From Fimicolochytrium jonesii (Eukaryota), in the NCBI RefSeq assembly GCF_025526975.1, contig NW_026515671.1:124001-188000 (forward strand): a stretch of 64,000 nt of DNA. Direction: 5' to 3'. The stretch's first letter is position 1; every line of letters begins with the position of its first letter. A program made the position numbers and the translations under genes. The notes beneath the pieces were generated by a model. The model ran no database searches. It worked only from the letters and a program-made list of their open reading frames with translations, and was not told the origin of the DNA. Shown one piece after another: positions 50,817 through 63,400 of this stretch.

Positions 50817-52611
50817 TCACGTCGCCCCACCCAGCCATTCTCTCCATGCTTCGATTTCTTCTCTCACCGCGGCCCTGCACTGCGCATTAAGTGACATGAA
50901 CAGTAGCGGGTTCAGAAAGCAATACGCAATGCACCCAAAATGTGCGGCGATATCCAACCAGAGAGCCACCGGTCTCCACGTGACGAGATTTTGCCAAATG
51001 AGCACAAAAGTGGGCAACATGCAGAGGTAGTAGCTGAGAACGATGATGGAGGCTTGTGCTGCGATGCGGAAAGCGTTGCGCTGGGCACTGGCGCGCATGC
51101 GGGCTTTGCCGTGGCCGGATTTGTTGGTGCCGATACTGGTCTTGCTGGTGATGCCGTGGGTGGAGGCGCGGATGCCGGAGACGGAGGGGCTGAAGGGAAG
51201 GGATGCCGATTGAGATTTTAGTAAGGCGGACCGATGCCCGGACGAGCTGCCAGAGGGCGATGTCAATCCAGACGGTGACGGGCTAATGGGCGAGGTTCTC
51301 GATGCCAGTACCGTGGGAAGTTGAGTAAGACGGGACGATGCATCATGGGCAAACGGCGACACGTCGCTGATTTTGAATTTAAACAAAGCTTTCCGCGCTG
51401 CCCGCTCTGGCGGTCTTGCGTCCTTCCCAACTGGCGACGCATGTTTTCGCTTTTGCTCGGTAATCTCGTGGCCGCTTTCGGTCTTCAGTTGTCCCGTTTT
51501 AGATTCCTCAGGGAAAGCGATTCGAGCTTTGCCCTTTGTACTGCCACACTGTGCGATCTTTGCCGCCTCACCGCCGCCATGCTCGCTTTCTGATAAAAAC
51601 TCTGACTCCGACTCCGAGGTTACGGCGGAGGGAACCAACGCCGTAGACCTGTCATTCGACCATGGGGTGCCGCGAAGATGCACCTTTTCACTTCCACTTT
51701 GAAGCTGTGCCGTAGCGACGCTGGCTGAAGTTCCCGATTCCATTACATCCGTAGCACTCAAGCCTTTCAGTCGATGAATGTCGTGCTCCTCTGACATGAG
51801 ATTTGTTTGGATCATATTGACCACATTGCGCGAGGCGCGGGTATATTCTGCGTAAATCCTCCAGTACATATAAAAGATGCCGAGGGCTGTCGCTGCGATG
51901 GCAAACACGCCAATGCTTGAAAAAACTGCCCCATGCCAATCGCCTGTTGACCCTGTGAATGAAGATCAGAGTGATTCGGGAGGAAACGATGGCTTATACC
52001 ACATCAACTAGTAGCCTACATGAAGGAGTGCACCAAGTTCCCATGGGAGTGACACCCGCCCAGCTTTGGAAGGCCATCTGCAATCCGGCCATGATTCCTG
52101 ATGAGAAAATCATGGTAATCCCTTGCTTCTTAGCCTCCTCCATCGTAAAAGATTTTTGCAACACAATAGCCGAGTATCTGTCCAAAGTGAACGTCAGAAC
52201 AGCGCCCTGAGAATAGCAGCCCCAGAATCCACCGATGAATCCTTGAACTTGGCAAGCATAGAATCCACCAATGTAGTAGCCCAAGACGGCGGCAGGGATT
52301 TCTCGAAACCAAAGATTGTTTGTGACTGCGAGAAAGTCCGGCCATAAGATGCAGACCATAAGGATTTTCGACGCGGACCATGGGATGCGCCGTGATATCC
52401 AAAACTTGAATACCAAGAGAAAAAACGTCAAGGCGTTCCAAACGAGGGCTATTTCGTTGAGAATGTGCTGCCGCTTTGAAAGTTTGAACGGCCAGTAGCG
52501 GTGCCCTTGGTTCATTTCGGGCGGTATTGGGTCTATGTGATAGAATCCATCGCTGTCGGGCGGGGGTATATTTGAGTCGGGCGGCGGGATCTCCGAGAGC
52601 TGGCTCCCCAT
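50817..52611 (-). CDS. Class A (rhodopsin-like) 7TM GPCR, 2 exons
   Basis: TM1 N, TM2 D, CQVQGF (TM3 Cys), DRY, ECL2 WC, TM5 Y.RIY, TM6 YYLCMLP, TM7 LNPLLFMSLN; long ICL3. Confidence 0.88.
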
Positions 52612-52973
52612 CTTTTTCCTGGACCACTACAGGCTCCGAGAGGATACTCTCTCAGGCTTTGTTGCGTTAGAGGGAAGACGGCTGAAGATTGTGTGTTCCG
52701 TGGAAAGAGGGTCTCCCTTACGTTTTGCGCAGTCCGCGTAAACAGCTTCCGCAGAGTCCGCAGGCGCAAACCCTTCTGTAGACTATGTAGACCCTGTATG
52801 AGTCTCAGACCAAAACCCAGGCCCTTCAAACCCGCACCCACATTCCGATCTCCGCCGTGAGCGACACATCCGCTACCGTCGCCCATGAACAGGACACCAC
52901 CCTGCCTCCCGCAGCACCCACTCGTCGGTCCGTAATCCACTTCAACCCCTCTTAGTCATCCCCTCAAAGAAAC

Positions 52974-55303
52974 ATGGGCAAACCCCTCCCCACATTCCCA
53001 CCCTCCCCGCCGCACTGCCCGACGCACACGCACCACACAAACCACCATCTCGCCTGCACGCTCCACGCCCTGCATCGCACCGCCACCTCGTTTAGACGGA
53101 CCGCGCAGAGGGTTCCCAGGGCTGTCAGTAGCGGGGTGCCGATTGTCGGGTTTGGGCGTGATGTCATGAGTGACCGACCCCGGAGCGGGGATGCGAATGT
53201 GGATGTGACTGTGGGAGGAGATATGGATAGGGAGGTCGCTGGGAATGAAGAGAGGGATCGGAACGATGCGAGGGGGCTGATTAGAGATGTGTTTGTGATG
53301 CCGACGTTGGCGGATGTGGAGGCGTTGGGACCGTTGGAGGTTGTTTGGCCGGGGTTGATTGCGACTTGTCCGTGGATTCCTGAGGATGTGCAGAGGGCGG
53401 TTGAGGAGAGGTTGGGGACTGGGGGTGGTGGTGGTGGTGGTGGGACTGGGGAGGCGGCTGGGATTAGTGTTGTGGAACCGAGCGCTGTGGTTGTGGCGGC
53501 GAGTGCCGGTGAAGGAAGTGGGACACAGGCGCAGCCGCGGGTGGTGCAGGAAGCGGCCACCGGTAGCGCTGCTGCTGATGCCTTGGTGGCGGAGGGCGGC
53601 AGTTCTGATGTCGATGCCACACCAACCACACCTCAACGCCCGTCACTGGACGCTACACATTTCATGGAGGCTTTCGCGGCTTTCACTCGAGACAGGCGGA
53701 GGGAGCGTAGGGAGAGGCAGACTGATGCAGAGAGCGGTGGTGGCGAAGAGCAGCGACCGGACAATGCGCAAGCTACGACCAACGAGGAAAGTCCCAGACG
53801 AAGGCGGGCCGTCGGCGTCGGTGCAAATCCCGTTGTCCCCGATCCTCCAACCGAAGGCACCATACCCTCGGCGCCACCGCTTATAAGTATAACAACCACC
53901 GCCTCCCCAACCCCGGACTCAAACACAACCCCAACAGCCGTCAGCCCACCCTCCAGCCCCCCGGACCACCCCCCACCAACCCTATTCTACTCCCCCGCAT
54001 CGCGCACCTACCGCCTCGATCCAACCGACGCGCCTCCCATCCTCGCTAGAGACGAGGAGCCGATGGACGACAGTTCAAGCGCCACGGATAGCAGTGAAGA
54101 GTCAGACGAAGATGAATTGGAAGATGATGACCACCACGTCAGCGTGCACATGATACCGATGGCACCCGACTCGCCGGCCTCGGCGGTACGCGAGTTTGAA
54201 CGGTTGTTACGTACGGAGGTATCAGCCAACCATGACTCTGAGTCCGCGTCTTCTTCGTCATCCGACGATGATGATGACGGTCATTTCGAGAGTGAGATAG
54301 CGGGCGGGATCCCTGACCCCAATTTCTTTGCGTTCCGACGACCGGCGGCTACAACCGTGACGGTGGAGGGGAGTGGAGAAGCACCGATCGTGCCCACCGA
54401 GTCGCCGCGGTACAGCCCGACCTCGCCAAACTATCACGCAGCCCTCGATCTCGCGGGAGGAAACATGGCCATCCGTCTTCGCCGCAACAACCCCGACAAT
54501 AATGACAACAGTGAAGAAGACGATGATGAGGATTATGAGAACATTGCCGCGGCGGCTTACAACCTTGCGAGGCGGAGGAGGCAGAGGGAGACGGAGAGGG
54601 AGAGGGAGAATAGGGCGAGGGAGACAAGGAGGTGGGGGTTGAGCAGGTTGCCGCGGGGGTATACGGGCAGGGAGGGGGGGGATGGGACGGGGCCGGGGCA
54701 AAGCGCGAGTAGGAGTGTACTAGCGAGTGCAGTTGCGAGTGGAAGTGGAAGTGGAAGCACCGAACAGCCCTTGACCGAAGTCAAACGAGCTATGGAAGAT
54801 CTCGGTACGTCTCTCCCCGCACCCTCCCGCCTATATCTCCTCCCCACAGCTCACATCACGAATTTATTTCCCCACACAGCCGACATATTCCACACCGTCT
54901 CCCAAACCTTCCGCCTCGGCGCCCACTCCCTGTCCCGCCCCACACAGCGCCAACGCCTCGTCGGCGCCACCACGCTCGCGTACCTTGCAAGAGGGATGAA
55001 CGATGCCGTGAGGGAGTGTGAGGTGCAGTGTGAGCATGTGGGAAGATATATGGGTAAGTTGTGCGATTCTAGTGTTCCGTCCCCCATTTTTCTGATGGAA
55101 TGGTTTTTTAACGGATTTAATGTGTAATTTTTCCAGAACGCATCGCACCCGCCGCTACACACCGATACCATTTTCGTGACAGTCAAGATGAACAAGAACA
55201 CGATGGGGATGTGTACTCGTATGATTCGTCGTCGTCGTCGTCTGAGGAGAGCTGGGAGGAAGATGGGGATCGGGTGGTTGTGGGTGATGGGGAGCCTGAG
55301 TGA
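52974..55303 (+). CDS. Uncharacterised, largely disordered acidic protein
   Basis: 717-aa ORF with coding-like bias. An intron at ~55053-55136 gives an acidic last exon ending ...GDGEPE*. Confidence 0.6.
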
Positions 55304-55845
55304 GTAGGGGGTTGATTTAGTGGACGGAAGGGGTTGGGGGGAGAGTGTGTTGGTATCGAGGATGTATGGACGGCGAATGGGGGATGGATGAAATGAAGGT
55401 GGGAGGATTTGGGGCAAATGGCGATATTGGTACGATGGAATGAATACCCCGATGTGTAAGAAAGAAGGAGCTCGTGTGTCTCCGCACGCTTTGTTTTCTG
55501 AACTTGGTTTTTTTCCTTGTAAATACTAGCTAATATGAAGTGAGTTTGAACGTCGTCTTCACATACTTTAGTGTCCAGTGACTCCAGTCCTCGTGGGATG
55601 GCTGGAAGCGGGTTCCGGGGCTTCTGGGGCGAACGCGTCATGGCTTGCGTCTTGCTGCCAGCCGCACGCGTTGCGAGCCACCGAGTGATGTCACGCCCCT
55701 CGCCCGCCCAGACGAGAGGGATGAGGCTGAGGGCACGCAAAGGAAAGCGGCTTCTGGGCAGGCATAAAAAGAAGGGCAGGCAACCGTCCAGCCCCTCCCC
55801 GCAACCACCAAGACTCACAACCTGTACAGCGTATACCTATCAGCC

Positions 55846-56613
55846 ATGTCGTTCATAGACACCCTCCTAGCCAGCACAGGCACCGAGTCCTCCACGCCGC
55901 TCATGTCGCTCATCACCTGGCTGCTCGCCGTCGAGGCCGCCCTCATCCTGTACCTGTCGCTGCCGTTCCAGATCAAGTTCCGGCGCACCTTTGCCGAGGT
56001 GCTTGTTGCGTCTCCCGTGTATGTATACTCCTCTTATCCGGCGCGCGGGGGGTGGAGTGGACCCAGGGAGATCTTGGACTCACGATGGCTGTGTTTTTTT
56101 TTTTTTCAAAAGGTTGAAGACGGTCCGAACGGTCTTTGTGACCATCTTTGCGTTTTTGACGTTTATCCTGGTCGACACGTTGCGGCGCTTGCAACGGCTC
56201 TCGGCGAAACGCCCCATCGATCTGTACACCGCGGAGAACCTCTATTCCCAAAAGGTAGCGTCCACATCACCCCCTGCCTCGCACGAAGGCCCCGACCCAC
56301 TCACACGAATATTGTCTCCGATGATTGTGTACAGGCAAAACTCCAACGCGACTTCTTCATCGTCTCCTTCACCGGCCTCCTCGCCATCGTCACGCACCAG
56401 GTCCTGCTGATGCTCCTGCGGATGGGCAGGTACAGGAAGGAACGCAATGTGTTGAGGGAGCAGGTGAAGGAGCTTGGGGCCGTGCCGAGGAGCGTGGAGG
56501 GGTTGGAGGGTGTGAGGGGGGGCAAGGTTGTGCCGAAGGCTGCGCCGGTGAAGAAGACGGTTGTTGTGGGGGGAGAGGGAAGTGCGGTGCCGGTTGTTAA
56601 GAAGGAGATTTAG
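55846..56613 (+). CDS. BAP31/Yet-family ER membrane protein (3 TM + coiled coil), multi-exon
   Basis: LLAVEAALILYLSLPF, FLTFILVDTLRRL, AKLQRDFFIVSFTGLLAIV, followed by a coiled coil and a C-terminal KKEI (KKxx ER-retrieval signal). Confidence 0.82.
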   Translation: MSFIDTLLASTGTESSTPLMSLITWLLAVEAALILYLSLPFQIKFRRTFAEVLVASPVYVYSSYPARGGWSGPREILDSRWLCFFFFQKVEDGPNGLCDHLCVFDVYPGRHVAALATALGETPHRSVHRGEPLFPKGSVHITPCLARRPRPTHTNIVSDDCVQAKLQRDFFIVSFTGLLAIVTHQVLLMLLRMGRYRKERNVLREQVKELGAVPRSVEGLEGVRGGKVVPKAAPVKKTVVVGGEGSAVPVVKKEI

Positions 56614-56885
56614 GGTTCAATTGTCGGAGAGTGGAGATGGGGAGGAGGTGCCCCTGTGATGGTGGGAGGAGTGATCCACCGTTCCCTTTTGGCGCCACGG
56701 TTTTGGCCGCTCGCTTCTTGTACTGTATGTAGCTATCATAATACGTATCGAACATATCCATCGTAGCATTCGTCCTGCCAACACCAACATCCGGACCCCG
56801 ATCGCAATGCACATTGTTTACCGCCTACGTATGTATGTACTGTACTTCTCTACAAACCCTACATACATAAACCCCACACACATCC

Positions 56886-58131
56886 CTACGCCAACCACCG
56901 CCTAAACCACGCCGCACACTCCCTCTTCATCCCCTCCGTAAGCTCATGTTTCGCCCCCTCCTCCACAATCTGCCTAAACATCTCCGCCTTCCCATCCGCT
57001 TCATACGCCCTGGTGAGCTTGTCGACGAGCGCGATGTTGGCGGAGGCGGGTACGAGGGTGTCTGCGGCGCCGCTGTAGATCAAAATCGCCTATTGGAAAG
57101 TGAACACGTTACATGTGTCAGCGCGAGCCTAGTGGCAATTGTCTGCAAGGTTGGATTTTGGCAACACGATACCTTGCCGCGCATCTCATCCACTTTGTTG
57201 ATCGGGTCCCGGTCCTTCAACACCTTCAATAACGCCGCGTTGATGTACTTTTCGGAGTGCGGCGGGAGCGGGATCGGCGGGGACATGTGCGCGGCGCGGC
57301 CGGTCATTAGGGTGAGGAAATCGCCGCAGCCGATAATGGGTACGCCGACGGTGAGGCGGGGGTCGAGGGCTAGGGCCAGGAAGGTTGAGTGGCCTGGGAA
57401 CATAAGAGGGGACAGAAAGTACATAAGTGTGCGTGATGAGAGGTTCGAAGTGTCAGCCGGTAGGCAGTGTCCGGGCGTCAGCGGGTGGTCGGTGTTCGGG
57501 AGCACCTCGCTTCTCTCCAAGACGTTTGCTAAAGCTCGCGCATTTTACCACTTCAACCTCATTTTCCCCCCCAAAACTCACCACCCAAACTGATCCCACA
57601 CATCCCCCACTTCTCCACCCTTCCCGGCAAATAACACGGCAAAACATCAATCAAGAACGAAACATCGCACGCGGTCCCGTACTGCATCGCAAACATATCC
57701 ATCGCGTGAGTGTCGTTGTTCTCCTTCCATGATGTGTTCTGTTTACCCGAAAGAAGACGTCGCCCGTGGTTGCGTTGGTCGAAGGTTGCTACTAATGTGC
57801 GGGTGGTGGGGTTACTGGGAAGTGGACGAAACAGTAGGATGGTCGAGTGAGTTTCGTCAACCCATCAACAACCATGAACAACCACCATGGAGTGAATGGT
57901 TGAGCGATACCCTGCTCGCTCCGCTCGCGCTCACCCCTCATTAATCCTCTCACAAAGCCCCCTACAAAAGGGAAAATCCTGCTCGGCCGTCCACCCCCTT
58001 CCATGGGCATGAAACACAACGTTGTATGCCGTGTATGTCGTCTCTGAGTTCGGTTCCGGCAGACCAAAGATGTAGAGGTCGAGACCGCCGATGGTGAGGG
58101 TTGTTGGGGTCGGTGGGGGGATGGCGGACAT
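56886..58131 (-). CDS. Alpha/beta-hydrolase (esterase-like), multi-exon
   Basis: VVFHAHGRG, ATFDQRNHGRR, G-x-S-LG-GHSTF nucleophile elbow (split by an intron), YSGAADTLVP, GAKHEL. Confidence 0.85.
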
Positions 58132-58472
58132 CGTGAGCTGGCGAAAGGAGGGTGGGCGGGTTGGAGGGGCGGTGGGGGCGTGTGTGTTGGAGTGCTGCGA
58201 AGTCTGGCGGGATGGGGTGGATGGCGTGATGGGGTCGCTGGCTCACGAAGGCGTTGGGAACGCGAGCCTCCCGGTGACGTTTGTCTTTGCTGGACGTGGC
58301 AACTCATCCCCCGCACGGCAGCGCCCCAGAACACCCCCAAGCCGCATAACATCCTCTTCCTTCCAACTCACGCCAAGAGGTGCACACCTCATCCCCCAGC
58401 AACTCCTTCGCTAACCCCACCGCAAACCCGCCCCTCCACCCTCGGAGTCTCTTGTAGAATACACGCGCAAGA

Positions 58473-59944
58473 ATGAGTTGGTACGTTCATTTCGCGTGCA
58501 GCGGCGATGGTCCGATCGGCATGCCGTCGACGGTTGAACCGCACGGCTGAACGGATGTGCGTTCTAGGCATGGACTGAAGAAGGCCGTGAGTCGCGCCAC
58601 TACGTCGGTAGGTTACTTGTTGTCTCGAGTTTGCTTGGGGTGCGAGTACGAGTAGATGCGGTTCGGTGGAATGCGTCTGTTGCAGTCTTTTGCGTTCTTC
58701 TTATCCTTGTTGTCCATCCTTTGTTACCTCACAGGTGATGCAATCGACCGGTGCGATAGATAAAACGGTGCGTTTCATCAAAGCGAGATGTGATGACCGG
58801 CGGGGGCGGAATTGGCGGCTCTGCTCTGCCAACTACTAGCGACTGGGCGACTTTCGCTGATATGCCTCATGTGATGGTTTATGATTCAGATTGACCGGGA
58901 GTTTGAGGAGGAAGAGAAGCGATTCAAATCGTAAGTTTTCGGGATTTGGAATGTTGCTGGACGAAATGGGCGGTGGCGATATAGCGGCTTTTTGCTGTCG
59001 GGAGTCGGGAAAAGACCACGGAGAGGAAGCGAAGCTCACGAATGCACACAAATTTCCCATTGCAGACTCGAAAACAAATCCGAAAATCTCCACCGCGAAG
59101 CAAAAGGATACCTAGACGCCGTCCGAGGTGCGTCTTACTTCAACCCACCATACCACGCCTTTCACCTCCACTAAATCCCGGATTACAAACCCATAGGCAT
59201 GACACTAGCACAACAACGCATCGCAGAAACAATCACAGGCTTCTACGAGGAAGGCTCACCGCTGGGGTACGCAGGCGCACAGTACAAGCTTGCGGTGACG
59301 AAACTGGATGAGGAGGCCCGGACCGAGTTGGTATGTCCGTTAAAACTCATAATTCCAGAAAGATCCCAAATTACAGTGATGTTAAACCACCTCTTCTCTC
59401 TCGCAAAAAGGACACGACCTACCGCGTAGCAGTCCTTGACCCGCTAGGCCGCCTCTCGGCCGTATTCCCCGATTTCAACGAAGCGCGCAAGATCCGCGCC
59501 AAGAAACTGCTTGATTACGATCGTGTCAGAAGCAATGTGCGGAAATTGATCGAGAAGCCGAGCGATGACCCGCAGAGATTGCCTCGCGTGAGTACCGTCT
59601 CTCAATGAACACCCAGGAGATGCATACATCTCCATTTGCTAAAAATTCCTCTCTTTGCATTTCCGCAGGCCGAAGCAGAATCCGCCGCCTCCCGCGACAT
59701 CTACGAACACTACAACACGCTCCTCGTAACCGAAATACCCCGCCTCATAGATCTCCGCGTCCCATACCTCGACCCCTGCTTCGAAGCACTCGTAAAGTCA
59801 CAAGCGAGGTTCAATGCGAGTGCGTTTGCGAAGCTGGATGCGATTAGGACGGCGTTTCCGCCTGGGGAGGGACGCGGGCTGGATGGGCAGGTGGAGGGGG
59901 TGTTGGGGCAGATGAGGGAGTTGACTATATGTGCGAGTCATTGA
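58473..59944 (+). CDS. RVS161: N-BAR amphiphysin Rvs161/Hob3, multi-exon
   Basis: Spliced MSWHGLKKAVSRATTSVMQSTGAIDKTIDREFEEEEKRF..AKGYLDAVR..KKLLDYDRVRS..EIPRLIDLRVPYLDPCFEALVKSQ. Confidence 0.93.
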
Positions 59945-60208
59945 GGACACTCGATTGCACTCTTTTCCCAGTGTGCCTTTCGAACGCATAACACCTTTTT
60001 TTTTGGAGTTTGTATCAAAATACTTTCATATAGCACGTTAATCCCGCTGGTTTTAGTGGCGGGGAGGGTGTCGAATTTCAAGTGCGGGAGCGCCGTCACA
60101 ACAAGACGGGAAGCGCGTTGGCAGCAACCTCGTCTCCTTTTTTTGTCTCCTGAACGACTCTGCAAAACCAACACCTCCGCCAGCACCTTGACAAGCACAC
60201 GTTCGGAT

Positions 60209-62107
60209 ATGGCAGCCTCCCTGGACAAGCTCCAAGCGCTGGAACAGTGGTTCAAAGATAACCGCATCCGCTACGACGCCCGTCTCATTGAGCTCAGGCA
60301 GGTCGGGACCGGCTATGGGGTTTTTGCGGTAAGTGAGAGGAAACCCTACCCATTTGCTGGAAAACAACAAGAGAACGGACATCGCTGATATTGATAAGCG
60401 GGATATTGTTGTAGAAAAAGAACTTGGAGGTTGACCAGGGACTGTGTATTATCCCCAAAGATGCTGTGCTGAGCGTGCGGAACTGCGGTACGTCTTTGAA
60501 TTCCATTGAGGACTTCAGTATGTGCCATAGCTAACCCCCCGTCGACCACCCAGCCATAGCCGACACACTCGAATCCCTCGAAATCGACGGCGTCCTTGGT
60601 CTCGCCGTCTGCCTCATGTACGAACGCCACATGGGCGCCTCATCCCCCTGGTCCGCCTACCTCGCGAGCCTGCCCGACTTTGAGCCCCTGCCCATCTTCT
60701 GGCCGAGTTCCGACCTTGCAGAGCTCAAGGGCACCGATCTCGCCACGCAGGTGCAGAACGATCTCGTCCTGCTGCAGGCGGATTACACAGCCCATGTGGA
60801 GAGGTTCATTGAATGTTCGGGTCTACCCGCTGAAGCGTTTAGTTATGAGAAGTTCCTCGCCGCGGCGTCGCTGGTGAGCTCGCGCGCATTCGAGGTGGAC
60901 GATTTCCACGGCCAGTGCATGGTCCCGCTCGCGGATCTGTTCAACCACCGCACGCCGACACGGACGACCCCAGGGGAGCATGTGCATTTCGAGACGGATG
61001 CGGATGTGTGTATGTTTTGCGGAACCAATGGGGAGTGTTGGTGTGATGAGGTCTCGGATGATGGGAGTGAGGAGGAGGAGATTGTGGACGGGGAGTTGGA
61101 GGGCGAGGGGTGGGTTTCTGAGGAGGAGGAGAATGATGGGGAGGAGGAGGGGGACAGGAGACACCAACGGAGGGGAAGAGGGTCGCCGTCCCCACCCCCG
61201 TTATATGATCCCGAGGATTGGACGAGGGATCCGGAGGAAGATGAGGATTTTGGCGATTTTGACCCGGGAGTGGATATTCTGGAATTGACCGTCGTCGAAA
61301 AGGTAAAAACGCATCCTGAAAGTAGGTCTCACCACCCCAACCTCCCACAAAATCTAACATTCCGTCTCCCATTCGCAGTGCCCAGCAAACTCCGAAGTCT
61401 ACAACACCTACGGCCACCACCCCAACACCCACCTCCTCTCCCACTACGGATTCACCTCCCCCTCCAACCCCTTCAACACCGTCCTCCTCCCCCTCCCCGC
61501 CCTCCTCTCCCACCTCGCCCCCCCATCCCTCGCCCCCCGTCTGGCATTCTACACCCGCATCGCCCGGCGCATCGTCGACAAACTGGAATCAGAGCACAAC
61601 GATGAAGAAGACGAGTATGACGCTGAGGAGGAGTTGATGGATGATCTGGACGACGCCGACGCCGCGGAGTTTCTCGACGCCGATAACACCAACATCGAGC
61701 GTGACCTGACGCTCACGGCCACGGGAACGGCGTCCGCGCATCTCCGGGCGTTTGCGCATCTTCTGGCTGTGGACGAAGGGACGTTTGCCGGGTTTTGTGA
61801 CGAGCCGGAGCGGTTTGAGGGGTATTTGAGACAGTTGGATGGGGATGGGCAGATGAAGAAGGGGGGCAAAGGGAGCAAGAAGAGGAAGGCGGGGAAGAAA
61901 GGGGTGGATGTGGACCGAGTCGTGAAAGACGCCCTCCGAACAATCGCTGCGGACCGCTTAGCGGCCTACCCCACGACGGTGGAGGAGGATGAACGGGTGT
62001 TGAAAACATTGGGGAAATCTACGGACCCCGCGAGTCTGCGGATGCGACATATCCTTGTGTTGAGGATTGGGGAGAAGAGGATCTTGGGGAGGGTTTTGGC
62101 AAAGTGA
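60209..62107 (+). CDS. SET-domain protein-lysine methyltransferase (SETD6/Rkm-like) with Rubisco-LSMT-type C-terminal domain
   Basis: GYGVFA, IPKDAVLSVRN, SPWSAYLASLP, VSSRAF..MVPLADLFNH, EVYNTYG..N..LLSHYGF, RLAAYPTT..D...LRIGEKRIL. Confidence 0.9.
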
Positions 62108-62385
62108 ACAGCGCATTAACCCGCACGTCACCAAACCAAGCAGACATCGAAGGACCCTTTCGTTACGACCCCGCGGCATATGTAGGCTGATGTGGGTTGC
62201 TCATAGCGCGGTAATTTATGTATATGTACACTACTGCACCATTCAGAGTTAGGTCAGCCGAGATAGATTATGTGTGTATTTAATCTGGGCGTGTAGGCAA
62301 ATGCAAACGGGGACGCTGCAGCAACGAACAAAACGGGGCCTTCTGAGAATTTTTTTTCGCTGCCAATCCCGAAGGTGGAAACCAG

Positions 62386-62418
62386 TTAGGGTTAGGGTTA
62401 GGGCTAGGGTTAGGGCTA
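62386..62418 (+). repeat. Short interstitial telomere-type (TTAGGG/CTAGGG) tract
   Basis: ttagggttagggttagggctagggttagggcta, followed by a complementary ccctaa near 62430. Confidence 0.7.
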
Positions 62419-62599
62419 GTAGCATTCAGCCCTAACCGGCCCGAAGGCCGAGCGTGTTGTTATGATAGGTTAGTTACCCAAAAAGTCACCAAGTTTATGT
62501 CGCTTATTATAGTGTTAAGTGGACGGTAGCGTGGATAGCAAACACGGGTAGCGTCGTTAGCAATTCCCTTTCTTTTTCCCCTCACCATTGTAACAAGCA

Positions 62600-63400
62600 C
62601 ACGAACATCATGACGAGTTTTACGGCTACGTTGCCCGCACTGACACGACGATTGAAACGGCGGCGAACACGCCAGTCATCGAGATTCTGCGTGCACTCTC
62701 CACGCAACCACCTCTTGTGGTGTGCAACGACGAGCGGCTCGTATCGGGCAAGGGGGATGGTCAACTGCTCGGCCCGGAAGCCTTGACGGTTGTCTATCGG
62801 GACGAGACCAAGCTAGCGGAGCGGTTAAGAGACGGACGGTCAAGGAGCTGAAAGATGAGATAGCCGGCCTCAAGAAGGACGTGAGCGCCCTAGCTTCACT
62901 GTACTTGCGCAACGCGGCAATCTAGCTCTTTGCGCTCAAGGAACAACCCGAGTCGGATGCAGGGGCCTCGCACTGCTTTCAGGCGGCGCACAAGAAGGGG
63001 ACGGCTATTGGGTCTTTGAACAAGGTTGCCGCGGTGTACAGTCAGGTAGCAAAAAGCTGTCTCTCCTTCTAAATGAAGTCAATGACCGTTCCACAAGGTC
63101 GGCGGCACTGACTTAACCTCGAGGAGAGACAGCTTTTTGCTACCTGACTGTGCAATGCCAGCGAGGCTGCTGTGGTGGATGTGGATGCGGGAGGCTTGGC
63201 GAAGACGTTTGATGCTGTAATCAACAGAAGCAATGAAACTGTGCATTTTGCGAGCCGGCAGGATTTGGAAAGGGACGCTGTTGAGCCGGCCGGCGCGGCA
63301 GCTCGTGGGCAGGCACACCGGCTTGCGTCAGTCGTACCGTCAGCAAGCGATGGTATTGGATTTGAACGAGGAGATCATGGGGGCGTTTAGCTTTTTTTTT
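62600..63400 (+). pseudogene. Possible decayed gene (coiled coil + helical domain)
   Basis: VKELKDEIAGLKKDVSALASLYLRNAAI* continues in frame past the stop; later GLAKTFDAVINRSNETVHFASRQDLE. Confidence 0.3.

Noticed and set aside
62386..62418. True telomere
   Set aside because: Only about 5 imperfect units, with unique sequence on both sides.
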